Of a DNA stretch of 64,000 nt, positions 17,909 through 26,242 are shown piece by piece; the stretch's first letter is position 1; each line of letters starts with the position of its first letter. Position numbers and translations under genes: made by a program. The notes under the pieces are model-generated. The model did no database searches. It was not told the DNA's origin and saw only the letters and a list, made by a program, of their open reading frames with translations. Source of the stretch: an uncultured bacterium (GTDB lineage: Bacteria; Zhuqueibacterota; QNDG01; DTFT01); contig CAVTNR010000022.1 in the NCBI GenBank assembly GCA_963736115.1, positions 32,001 to 96,000 on the forward strand. Direction: 5' to 3'.

Positions 17909-20242
17909 ATGACCGTTCCCGACCACGCACAGCCGCCGTCTCCGCGCTCCATGAACTTCATCCTGGTGAGCGCCTTTTTCAGCCTGTTCTACTGGGTGCT
18001 TGAATCCGTGCGCGACGTCATTGTGTTCGACAAGGGCACGATCTGGAGCCGCCTGTTCAAACCAGACCTGATGAGCTTCTGGATGCGGATGCTCATCGTC
18101 TGCATCCTGTTCCTCTTCGGCATCTACGCGCAGTCCCTGAAACAAAAGCTCGATGTGCCGGACGTGAAGGCGCAGAAGCGGCTTCGGCGTCTTGGCATGG
18201 TCTGGCGGGGACTCGGATTCGGCCTGCTGTACTGGGTGCTGGAGGCGTTCCGCGATGTGATCGTCTTTCACAAGGGCGGCTTGCTCGAGCGGCTGTTTCA
18301 GCCCGATCTGATCAGCGTCTGGATGCGCCTGCTCGCCGTCTGCGTCATGCTGCTGTTCAGCGTCTATGCGGAAAACCTGTTCGAGGAGCGCGAGAGGGCC
18401 AAACAGGCGCTGCAGAAGGCGCATGACGATCTTGAAGATCTCGTCCGGAAGAGGACGTCCGAGCTGGTCCAGTCCTATGAAATGCTCAAGCGGGAGAACG
18501 AGGAACGGAGCCACGTCGAGGACGAACTGCTCCGAGTCAACCGGGCGCTGAAAACCCTGTCGCAATGCAACGAGGTCATGGTCCGGGCAACCGAGGAGAA
18601 AGCGCTCTTCGACAGCGTCTGCCGCATCCTGGTGGACGTGGGCGGCTATCCCTTCACCTGGGTCGGGCTGGCCGAACCGGACGGCCCCGGCCTCCTGCGG
18701 CCCGTCGCGTCCGCCGGCCGCGCGGATTACGGTTTCGCGCCGGAATCCATGGTGTCGGACGGGGCCGGCGGGAATCCGTTTTTCGGGGTGATCCGCGACG
18801 GCCGGCCGAAGCGGATTCCGCTGACCGGCGGGGATTTGCCGGGATCGCAATGGTCGCGTCCGGCCGTGGAACAGGGGTTTACATCCGCGCTGGCCCTTCC
18901 GCTGACCGCGGGGGAAAAAACATACGGCGTCCTATGCATCTTCTCCGTGGCTGCGGAGTCTTTCGACACTTCCGAGATCGACCTGATGCAGGAGCTCGCG
19001 GACGACCTGGCCTTCGGGGTCACCGCGCTCCGCACCCGGCTCGAGCGGAACCGAGCGGAGGAGGAGAACGAGAAAATGCGGGCCCAGCTCCTCCACGCTC
19101 AGAAGCTCGAGGCCGTGGGCATACTGGCCGGGGGCGTGGCGCACGATTTCAACAACCTTCTGACGGCCATCCAGGTCAGCGCCGATCTCGCCATGCTGGA
19201 CATACGGGACGGCGACCCGGTCCGCAACACGCTGCAGGAAATCCACCAGACGGCCGCCCGTGCGGGGGATCTGGCCCGCCAGCTCCTTCTGTTCAGCCGC
19301 AAACATCCGATGGAATACACTCCGCTGAACATCAACCAGACGATCGAGCACCTCAATAAAATGCTGCACCGTCTCATCGGTGAGGATATCGAGATTCAAA
19401 TGGCCCTGTGCCGGAATCCCTGGAGCGTCATGGCCGACCGGGGGACCATCGAGCAGCTGCTGGTGAACATCGCGGTGAATGCGCGAGACGCCATGCCCGA
19501 AGGCGGTCAGCTCCTCATCCGGTCCGCCAACATCGAGATTTCGCCGGAGGAGTCGCGGCGGATACCGGAGTCCCGGCCGGGGCAATTCGTCCGCCTCACC
19601 CTGCAGGACACCGGCATCGGCATGACGCCCGAGACCCTGTCCCGCATCTTCGAGCCGTTTTTCAGCACCAAAGGCCCGGGCCGCGGAACCGGCCTGGGGC
19701 TCTCGGTGGTCTACGGCATCGTCAAACAGCATGAGGGGTGGATCAATGTGACGAGCAGTCCCGGAAACGGGGCGCGCTTCGAGGTCTATCTGCCGGCGGT
19801 GTCGGAATCCGCGGCCGCCGATCTGCCCCAGAGCGTTGCGCCGGGCGACCTGCAGGGCAGGGGAGAGCGGATTCTGCTGGTCGAGGATGAGAACAGCGTG
19901 CGGGAATACACGGAAAAAGCGCTGACCAAGTCCGGCTACCGGGTGGAAACCGCGACCAGCGCCCAGGAGGCCATGGCCGTTTTCGAACGGGAGAAGACTG
20001 CCTTTGACCTGGTCTTCAGCGATGTCGTGCTTCCCGACCGCAGCGGCATCGAACTCGTGGAAAACCTGAAGGCCCGCAACCGGGACCTGGCCGTTTTGCT
20101 GAACAGCGGGTACACGGATCACAAATCCCAGTGGCCGCTGATCGTGCAGAAGGGCTTCCGCTACCTGCAGAAGCCCTACTCCCTCAACGAGCTCCTGAAG
20201 GCGATGCGGGAGGTTCTTCAGAAAGACAAAAGAAGTTCATAG
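17909..20242 (+). CDS. Hybrid sensor histidine kinase (duplicated TM input, GAF, HisKA, HATPase, REC)
   Basis: GGVAHDFNNLL, NARDAMP, DTGIGM, FFSTK, GTGLGL, ILLVEDE, SDVVLP. Start uncertain. Confidence 0.92.
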   Translation: MTVPDHAQPPSPRSMNFILVSAFFSLFYWVLESVRDVIVFDKGTIWSRLFKPDLMSFWMRMLIVCILFLFGIYAQSLKQKLDVPDVKAQKRLRRLGMVWRGLGFGLLYWVLEAFRDVIVFHKGGLLERLFQPDLISVWMRLLAVCVMLLFSVYAENLFEERERAKQALQKAHDDLEDLVRKRTSELVQSYEMLKRENEERSHVEDELLRVNRALKTLSQCNEVMVRATEEKALFDSVCRILVDVGGYPFTWVGLAEPDGPGLLRPVASAGRADYGFAPESMVSDGAGGNPFFGVIRDGRPKRIPLTGGDLPGSQWSRPAVEQGFTSALALPLTAGEKTYGVLCIFSVAAESFDTSEIDLMQELADDLAFGVTALRTRLERNRAEEENEKMRAQLLHAQKLEAVGILAGGVAHDFNNLLTAIQVSADLAMLDIRDGDPVRNTLQEIHQTAARAGDLARQLLLFSRKHPMEYTPLNINQTIEHLNKMLHRLIGEDIEIQMALCRNPWSVMADRGTIEQLLVNIAVNARDAMPEGGQLLIRSANIEISPEESRRIPESRPGQFVRLTLQDTGIGMTPETLSRIFEPFFSTKGPGRGTGLGLSVVYGIVKQHEGWINVTSSPGNGARFEVYLPAVSESAAADLPQSVAPGDLQGRGERILLVEDENSVREYTEKALTKSGYRVETATSAQEAMAVFEREKTAFDLVFSDVVLPDRSGIELVENLKARNRDLAVLLNSGYTDHKSQWPLIVQKGFRYLQKPYSLNELLKAMREVLQKDKRSS

Positions 20243-20333
20243 TTCATAGAAAAAGCCGCAAGCAGAGGTTTGCGGCTTTTTAACTGTATCGGGGGGAGGT
20301 GAACTATGAACCATGAACAATGAACAATGAACT
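20234..20333. repeat. Inverted heptamer-array hairpin, RGTTCAT type, copy 3, enclosing a terminator
   Basis: AGTTCATAGTTCATAG supplies the kinase TAG stop. Right arm TGAACTATGAACCATGAACAATGAACAATGAACT. Confidence 0.85.
20250..20281. terminator. Bidirectional intrinsic terminator
   Basis: AAAAAGCCGCAA...TTGCGGCTTTTT between convergent genes. Confidence 0.75.
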
Positions 20334-20354
20334 CTTAAAGATGAGCTCCTGAAC

Positions 20355-21131
20355 CTAGACTTCTAATTCGAGTGATATCGGCGCATGATCAGATCCCTCG
20401 ACGTCTTTCAGGATGTCCGCGCGCCGTACGCAGTCCCGCAGTGGGGAGCTTACGAAAAAGTAGTCGATTCTCCAGCCCACATTCCGCTTTCGCGCGCCGC
20501 TTTTCATGTCCCACCATGTGTAATGCCCGCCGCCAGGCTCGAACATCCGGAAGGTGTCCAGAAATCCCGCTTCGAGAAAGCGGTCCATCCACTCCCTCTC
20601 CTCGGGCAAAAATCCGGACGTCTTTTCATTCTCCTTCGGCCGGGCGAGATCGATCTCGCGGTGAGCCGTGTTGACGTCCCCGCAGACGACGATCCGTTCG
20701 CCTTTACGGAGGGCCGGCCTGAGCCGCGCCAGGAAGGATTCGTAAAACGCCATCTTGTAGCGCAGGCGTTCCACCGAGGCTTTGCCGTTGGGAAAATAGA
20801 TGTTGTAGAGCTTGAATGCATCCAGTTCCAGCGCCAGAACGCGGCCTTCCCCCGTGAACCCGGAGTCTCCGAAAGTCTCCGAGGTCCGCTTCGGAGCCTG
20901 CCGGCTGTAGACCGCCACGCCGCTGTATCCCTTCTTTTCCGCTGAGGAAAATGCGGCGTGATACCCCGGAACCGACAGCAGTTCCTCCGGAAGCTGGCCC
21001 GGATGCGACTTGGTCTCCTGAAGGCAGACCATGTCCGCGTTTTCGGAACGGAACCATTCCATGAAATTCTTTCGGTACACGGCCCGAAGACCGTTGACAT
21101 TCCAGGAGATGAGGCGGAGGGATTTTTTCAT
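20355..21131 (-). CDS. xth: Exodeoxyribonuclease III (AP endonuclease)
   Basis: SWNVNGLRA, CLQETK, GYSGVA, YFPNG, CGDVNTAH, GWRIDY, SDHAP. Confidence 0.95.
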   Translation of the reverse strand: MKKSLRLISWNVNGLRAVYRKNFMEWFRSENADMVCLQETKSHPGQLPEELLSVPGYHAAFSSAEKKGYSGVAVYSRQAPKRTSETFGDSGFTGEGRVLALELDAFKLYNIYFPNGKASVERLRYKMAFYESFLARLRPALRKGERIVVCGDVNTAHREIDLARPKENEKTSGFLPEEREWMDRFLEAGFLDTFRMFEPGGGHYTWWDMKSGARKRNVGWRIDYFFVSSPLRDCVRRADILKDVEGSDHAPISLELEV

Positions 21132-21165
21132 GCGGCTTTATAATCCGGCGAGGATTGGATAATAA

Positions 21166-21259
21166 AGTTCATAGTTCATGGTTCATAGTTAAGAGAAATT
21201 TTGGAAAAGCGTTTATTTTTCTTTTTCAACAATGAACTATGAACCATGAACCATGAACT
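21166..21259. repeat. Inverted heptamer-array hairpin, RGTTCAT type, copy 4
   Basis: AGTTCATAGTTCATGGTTCATAGTT...AACAATGAACTATGAACCATGAACCATGAACT. Confidence 0.9.
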
Positions 21260-21262
21260 TCT

Positions 21263-21709
21263 CTACCGATGCTGATGGCTGAACTTGCGGTTGATGCTTG
21301 ATTCCACGAGGAAAATGAAGCGGATCCGGTCGGCCTTATCCAGGGGATGCAGGTCGATCCGAACTGATTTCTCTTCTTCGCGGCCCAGAAGTTCGATGTA
21401 GGTTTCAGGCCGGTTGGTATGCGCGCCCTGTATGTGCTCGAGGGAGTAATGGTTCGCTTTGGGAAGAAGGCCGTTGTATACGGTGACCCGGTTATCCGTC
21501 AGATCCAGATAGGGCTTCTTGACAGCGATGAAAAGACGGGCCGCCAGAATGACGGTGATCACGCCGAGAAGAATTCCGGCCGCGGCCCAGGGTCCGGAAT
21601 GGTTCCGGAAGGACAGAATGGAAAGAATCAGCAAGCCAAGCGTGAGAAAACCTGTGACTGCGACGTCCACTGTTTTCCGCTTGAACAGGACAGCCGGCTG
21701 GGAATGCAT
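21263..21709 (-). CDS. Hypothetical protein, two TMs plus a small PH-like domain
   Basis: Two hydrophobic helices followed by a beta-rich soluble region; SD GGAG upstream. Confidence 0.65.
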   Translation of the reverse strand: MHSQPAVLFKRKTVDVAVTGFLTLGLLILSILSFRNHSGPWAAAGILLGVITVILAARLFIAVKKPYLDLTDNRVTVYNGLLPKANHYSLEHIQGAHTNRPETYIELLGREEEKSVRIDLHPLDKADRIRFIFLVESSINRKFSHQHR

Positions 21710-21948
21710 CCGATCCGCTCCCCTATCGAATTAACGTCCGAAATGACTATTCCAAATCGCGGGAATCAAGTTAAAACAGGAACTGAATCCTTTCAAAATT
21801 GAAAGAATCCCCGAGAAAATACCCTGTTTTTAATGGATCAAGCAATTATTACACCAAAGAGAACGATCAGATGGGTTGAAGAAGGGGACAATGGCTGGGA
21901 TCGAAATTTCCCGAGAGGTTTGTTTATCGCATAATATACAAGTATTTA

Positions 21949-22797
21949 TCAAGAATCCGGCGACTTGCTCCCTCCTTCATGTTTTTCAAACGCATGCTCC
22001 TCGAATAATGAGAGGGTTCCGGCTGGCTCGAAAACGCTCACCCACGCAAGAGGCCAGCGCCAGATCATTCCGTCCATGGTGCGGATGACCATTCTTTCTG
22101 CATTGGAACGGACCGGACGCACCAGTTCAGCCGGTTCCCCGGTGTAACGGTTTCGCGGATCCCTGTCAATGCGGACCCGTTCGCCTCTCTTGAGCCGCCT
22201 CAGGGTCCCGTACGGATCCGTTTTTTTCCGCAAGCCCGCAAACAACCCGGAGAGCATTGAGACCGGCCGCCGTCGAGCCGGTTGTCCGGGTTTCCCATGC
22301 ACATCGTATCCGAGTCGGACCGCATGCTCGAGGGCCCAGCGGTTGGCCGCATGTTCCCCCGCGCGGGGGTGCATTCCGAGGTGATGCCGTCTGAAGTGAT
22401 GCAGTTCATGGCCGAACAACGCGGCCAGATGGTCGTGGAATCCGCCGTACCGGAAAAGCCAGCGGTAGCCGTCTCTCTCGTCCCGCGGGTACGTGGCGGG
22501 GTCCGGGTCGAGACGCATGCGGATCAGCTTGAAGCGGTCCGGAAGACCGTCGGCCGCGCCGAAACGGAGCGTGAACTTCCAGTTTCCGCGGCCGGTTGTG
22601 AACGCGTCCGGCGTCATCCAGCGGTGCACATAAGCCGTGCCCCGGCTTGCGTGAATGCCGGGCAGGAGATACAGAGAGACCACCAGGTCCCGGGTGTCCG
22701 TTCCTTCCGCGACATGTTCCAGTACGCGGCTGATCTCATCCTGCGTCAGGGCCGACCGGGACCAGGTGCGGGGGGACGCGAACTGGAAAACCCTCAC
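21949..22797 (-). CDS. Hypothetical protein with HExxH zincin motif
   Basis: FGHELHHF...GEHAANRWA; begins 6 nt after the PAP2 stop. Confidence 0.65.
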   Translation of the reverse strand: MRVFQFASPRTWSRSALTQDEISRVLEHVAEGTDTRDLVVSLYLLPGIHASRGTAYVHRWMTPDAFTTGRGNWKFTLRFGAADGLPDRFKLIRMRLDPDPATYPRDERDGYRWLFRYGGFHDHLAALFGHELHHFRRHHLGMHPRAGEHAANRWALEHAVRLGYDVHGKPGQPARRRPVSMLSGLFAGLRKKTDPYGTLRRLKRGERVRIDRDPRNRYTGEPAELVRPVRSNAERMVIRTMDGMIWRWPLAWVSVFEPAGTLSLFEEHAFEKHEGGSKSPDS

Positions 22798-22803
22798 GCG
22801 GAA

Positions 22804-23730
22804 TCACTCCCGTTCCGGAAGCGGCCGGTCGGCGGAGCGGAGGATGCGGCGTCCGATCCCATACAGCAGAATGCCGCAGAGGATACCGGCGATGGCGTCC
22901 ACGGCGTGGTGGTACCGGCAGTAGACCGTTGCCAGCGCGACACCGACGGCAAGCGGTAGAATGACGAGCCCCACGGGACGGTTATACTGCAAGCCGGCCA
23001 ACGTGATGGTGAACGCGGCGGCGACATGCGAACTGGGAAACGCGCCGCCCCGCATGGTGCCGTTCGACTGAACCCACTGGATGAAATGGAGGAAGAATCC
23101 GCCTTCGGGCTCGACCGTGTGCTTGTCCCTCAGAATGACCCAGGCGCCCTCGGACGGGAAGACGAGGAACAGGAGAAAGGAAACGGCGAAGGTGAAGGTG
23201 ACCAGAAAGAGAAATTCAACCGTTTCCTGCCGCTTCCCGCGGAAATAGAGGGGAAAGGAGATTGCGGCGATGAAGAAATAGTAGATCGTGTAGAAGAAAT
23301 TCATGAGTTCGGTCAGCCAGGGCCGGAACAGCCGCTCGACCCAGACGGTGGGGTGCACCCCGAATATCCAGAGGTCCGCTTTGACGACGAAATCGTTCGC
23401 CCAGTACGGGAAAATCATGGTCACCAGGTTGTCCATCTCGGTCCAGGCGAAGGCTATCCACAGAACGGGATAGAACGTCCGCAGGAAATCGATCGCCGGA
23501 CCGGGGCGTTTGGACTGCCATCGGATCAGGCCGAGCACCGCGGCGCAGAGCCCGGCGTGCACGAAGGGCACGGCAGCCCAGTTCCGGACGTCGCGGTGGA
23601 AGGGCACCACGAGAATACCGAGTAGGGCCAGATAGGCGAGGATGACCGCGTCCATCGGCCGCAGATCCCACTCGGAGTATCGCTTGCGCAGAAAGCCCAT
23701 GATGCCCATTGACGGCCGCTCCGTTTTCAT
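22804..23730 (-). CDS. PAP2-superfamily membrane phosphatase/phosphotransferase (Aur1-like)
   Basis: AFPSSHVA, TVYCRYHHAVD and multiple TMs. Confidence 0.88.
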   Translation of the reverse strand: MKTERPSMGIMGFLRKRYSEWDLRPMDAVILAYLALLGILVVPFHRDVRNWAAVPFVHAGLCAAVLGLIRWQSKRPGPAIDFLRTFYPVLWIAFAWTEMDNLVTMIFPYWANDFVVKADLWIFGVHPTVWVERLFRPWLTELMNFFYTIYYFFIAAISFPLYFRGKRQETVEFLFLVTFTFAVSFLLFLVFPSEGAWVILRDKHTVEPEGGFFLHFIQWVQSNGTMRGGAFPSSHVAAAFTITLAGLQYNRPVGLVILPLAVGVALATVYCRYHHAVDAIAGILCGILLYGIGRRILRSADRPLPERE

Positions 23731-23819
23731 TTGTTGAAATTACAGATTCGATCTGCAAGGGTCAAGTTGTTTTTTATACGGGGAAAGACGGGAAATGTTT
23801 TCAGATGTCCACTGTAAAA

Positions 23820-23887
23820 CGTTCCGAGTTCCGGGTTTCGGGTTCCGGGTTGAAGAACTCGGAACACGGAACTCGAAACCTGGAACG
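23820..23887. repeat. Inverted heptamer-array hairpin, RGTTCCG type
   Basis: CGTTCCGAGTTCCGGGTTTCGGGTTCCGGGTT-gaag-AACTCGGAACACGGAACTCGAAACCTGGAACG. Confidence 0.9.
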
Positions 23888-23898
23888 CTTTTCATGAT

Positions 23899-25289
23899 TC
23901 ACGTTTCTTCTCCCACCAGATCCGGTTCAATCACCCGCATCGTTTTCCATTTCCCCCGGATGAACCGCACGGTGAACACGATTCCGATCACGCAGATGTA
24001 CAGGGTGGCGAACGCCCACAGGGTTTCCAGCGTCGCATCGAACCACAGGACGGCGGCGATCGAAGGCAGGGCCATCAGGCTCCAGGACAGCGCCATGGAC
24101 ACCCACATCACGAATCGGGTGTCCCCGGCGCCTTTCACGGCAGATGCGAACACGATATTTGCGGTGTCGAAGAGGGAGTAGAAGGCGACGAATTTCAGCA
24201 GGCGGACGGCCGTGGCCGCGATCGGGGCGAAACGGACGGGGTCCGCCTGAGCCGCGAATGCGGAGATGAACACGCCAGGGGAGAAAAAGTAAACGGCGGC
24301 CACCGAGGCCATGTAGGCGAAGGTCAGCTCGAAAATGAGGCGCACCGAGCGCGCCGCCTCCTCGGGCCGGTTCTCGCCGAGCCGCTGGCCCACGAGAATC
24401 GACGCCGCCGTGCCGAAACCGAACATGGGCATGAAGGCCAGGTGGTTGATGCTGAAGGCGATGTTGGTCGCGGCCAGCGCGTCCGTACCGAGCCGGCCGA
24501 TGAGAATTAAAAGAGCGTGAAACCCGAGGTTTCCAGCGCGAAATGCAGGCCGTTCGGAAAACCGAACCGGGCCAGCCTGCGAAACAGTCGGACATCCGGC
24601 CGCCAGCCTTTCCTGAAACCGAAACGGTCGCCGTCTCCCCGCCGCAAAGCCAATGCGCCGTATACAGCCATTGACAGAATCTGCGAGAACACCGTGGCCC
24701 AGGCAGCGCCTGCGATTCCCATTTCCGGGAAAGCCCATTTCCCGAAAACGAGCGCATAATCGAAGAATAGGTTGAACAGTGTCGCGGCGAGGGTCACCCA
24801 GAGCACCGTCCAGGTCCTTCCCAGGCCGCTGAAATGATTGGCCAACGCGGATGCGGCGGCCGCGGGGAAAAGGCCGAGCATCATGATGTTGAAATAGGTC
24901 CGCTCGAGGGACTGAAGGCCCGCCGGATGGCCGAGGCTGCTGAACAGCCAACCGGAGAATGGAAGGGTCAGAAGGCCAATGATGCCTGCGGCGAGCGACA
25001 GATAGATCCCCTGCCACACGACCGGCCCGATCCGGTCAAACCTGCCGGCTCCGAAATATTGGGCCGTGAATGTGCCGACATAACCCGCTGCGCCGATAAA
25101 GAGAGAGGCGATTGTAAAATAGATCATGCCTGACGGCATGGCCGCGGCCACGGCCTCAGGCGCGTACCAGGATAGGAATACGCGATCGATGACTGCCTGA
25201 ATGGTCAGCGATCCTTGGCTGAAGATGAGCGGAAGGGAAAGCCTGAGGATATCTTTATATCCCCCGTCCCTGTGCCAGCGTTTTTTCAT
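23899..25289 (-). CDS. MATE family efflux transporter (one frameshift near 24510)
   Basis: ORFs 24507-25301 and 23899-25017 join into a full MATE (LSLPLI...DRVFL; VGQRLGE; GAGDTR) if one T is added to the TTTT run. Confidence 0.85.
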
Positions 25290-25340
25290 TCTGATAATCA
25301 TGGCTAAGTTTTCAATATAGTGAATTTAAATGCGGATGTA

Positions 25341-25384
25341 AAGCGCACCTCCCGAAGGTGGGGGTACCTTCGGGAGGTACGCTT
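25341..25384. repeat. Palindrome between the divergent MATE and hsp20 genes
   Basis: AAGCGCACCTCCCGAAGGT-ggggg-TACCTTCGGGAGGTACGCTT. Confidence 0.6.
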
Positions 25385-25531
25385 AATGCCAAAAATGACT
25401 ATGCGGCATGAAAAATTGGCAGTTTTTCATCGATCAGGTCAAATAGACATGAACCTATTAATATTGTATAATTATTGTATTTGTTATTTAAAATCATAAA
25501 AATCAATTACTAAAAAGCTCATAAAAACTTG

Positions 25532-25547
25532 TGGCATCCCTATTGCA
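25532..25547 (+). promoter_or_regulatory. Sigma54 (-24/-12) promoter of hsp20
   Basis: TGGCAtccctaTTGCA has exact GG-N10-GC spacing, 60 nt before the ATG, with an AT-rich upstream tract. Confidence 0.75.
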
Positions 25548-25607
25548 TTATTATTGTTCAGCTGACGGAAATCAATATGAAAATAGAGAGATGAAAGGAG
25601 AATAACC

Positions 25608-26039
25608 ATGACACTCGTACGCTACAATCCCATGCGACATCTGGCTGAGCTTCCGCTGGATGTTGAGACGTTCTTCGAAAATTACGGTCTGGGTCTGGGC
25701 CGCGACACGGTCTGGAATCCTTCGGTGGACATCCTGGAAACCGAGGACGGCTATGAGCTGAAAGCCGAAGTCCCGGGCCTGAAAAAGGAAGACATTCAGG
25801 TGTCGCTCGAGGACGGCCTGCTGACCATTCGGGGCGAGAAGAAGCAGGAAGCCGAGACCCAGAAGAAAAATTACCACTCCATGGAGCGGGTGTTCGGCAA
25901 GTTCGAACGGTCCTTCCGCCTGCCCGAGAACGTGAAGGGCGAAGCGATTCACGCGAAGTACGACAACGGCGTGCTCAGCATCGAGATCCCGAAGTCCGAG
26001 GCGGCCAAACCGAAGCAGATCGAAGTGAGCGTGGAATAA
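25608..26039 (+). CDS. Hsp20/alpha-crystallin small heat shock protein
   Basis: P.VDILET, AEVPG, LTIRGEK, ER.FGKFERSF.LP, A.YDNGVL, C-terminal IEV. Confidence 0.95.
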   Translation: MTLVRYNPMRHLAELPLDVETFFENYGLGLGRDTVWNPSVDILETEDGYELKAEVPGLKKEDIQVSLEDGLLTIRGEKKQEAETQKKNYHSMERVFGKFERSFRLPENVKGEAIHAKYDNGVLSIEIPKSEAAKPKQIEVSVE

Positions 26040-26066
26040 ACGCAAGCCGCGCATGAGGTGCAAACC

Positions 26067-26099
26067 AGCGGGGTCTCTGTGAGACCCCGCTTCTTTTTT
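26067..26099 (+). terminator. Intrinsic terminator after hsp20
   Basis: AGCGGGGTCTC-tgt-GAGACCCCGCT followed by a T-run. Confidence 0.8.
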
Positions 26100-26114
26100 G
26101 GCCTTTCACTTTTA

Positions 26115-26197
26115 AGTTCATAGTTCATGGTTCCTAGTTCATAGTTGAAAAGGAAAATCTGTCTCAACAATGAACAATGAACTATGAACCATGAACT
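26115..26197. repeat. Inverted heptamer-array hairpin, RGTTCAT type, copy 5
   Basis: AGTTCATAGTTCATGGTTCCTAGTTCATAGTTGA...TCAACAATGAACAATGAACTATGAACCATGAACT. Confidence 0.9.
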
Positions 26198-26242
26198 CTC
26201 TTTTCAGTTGACATTCCCCCCGTCCCTGCCTAACTTGTCGCG

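Noticed and set aside
24507-24512. Programmed frameshift or phase variation in MATE
   Set aside because: Only a 4-T run, with no slippery heptamer or long tract. A sequencing error is more likely given the other indels.
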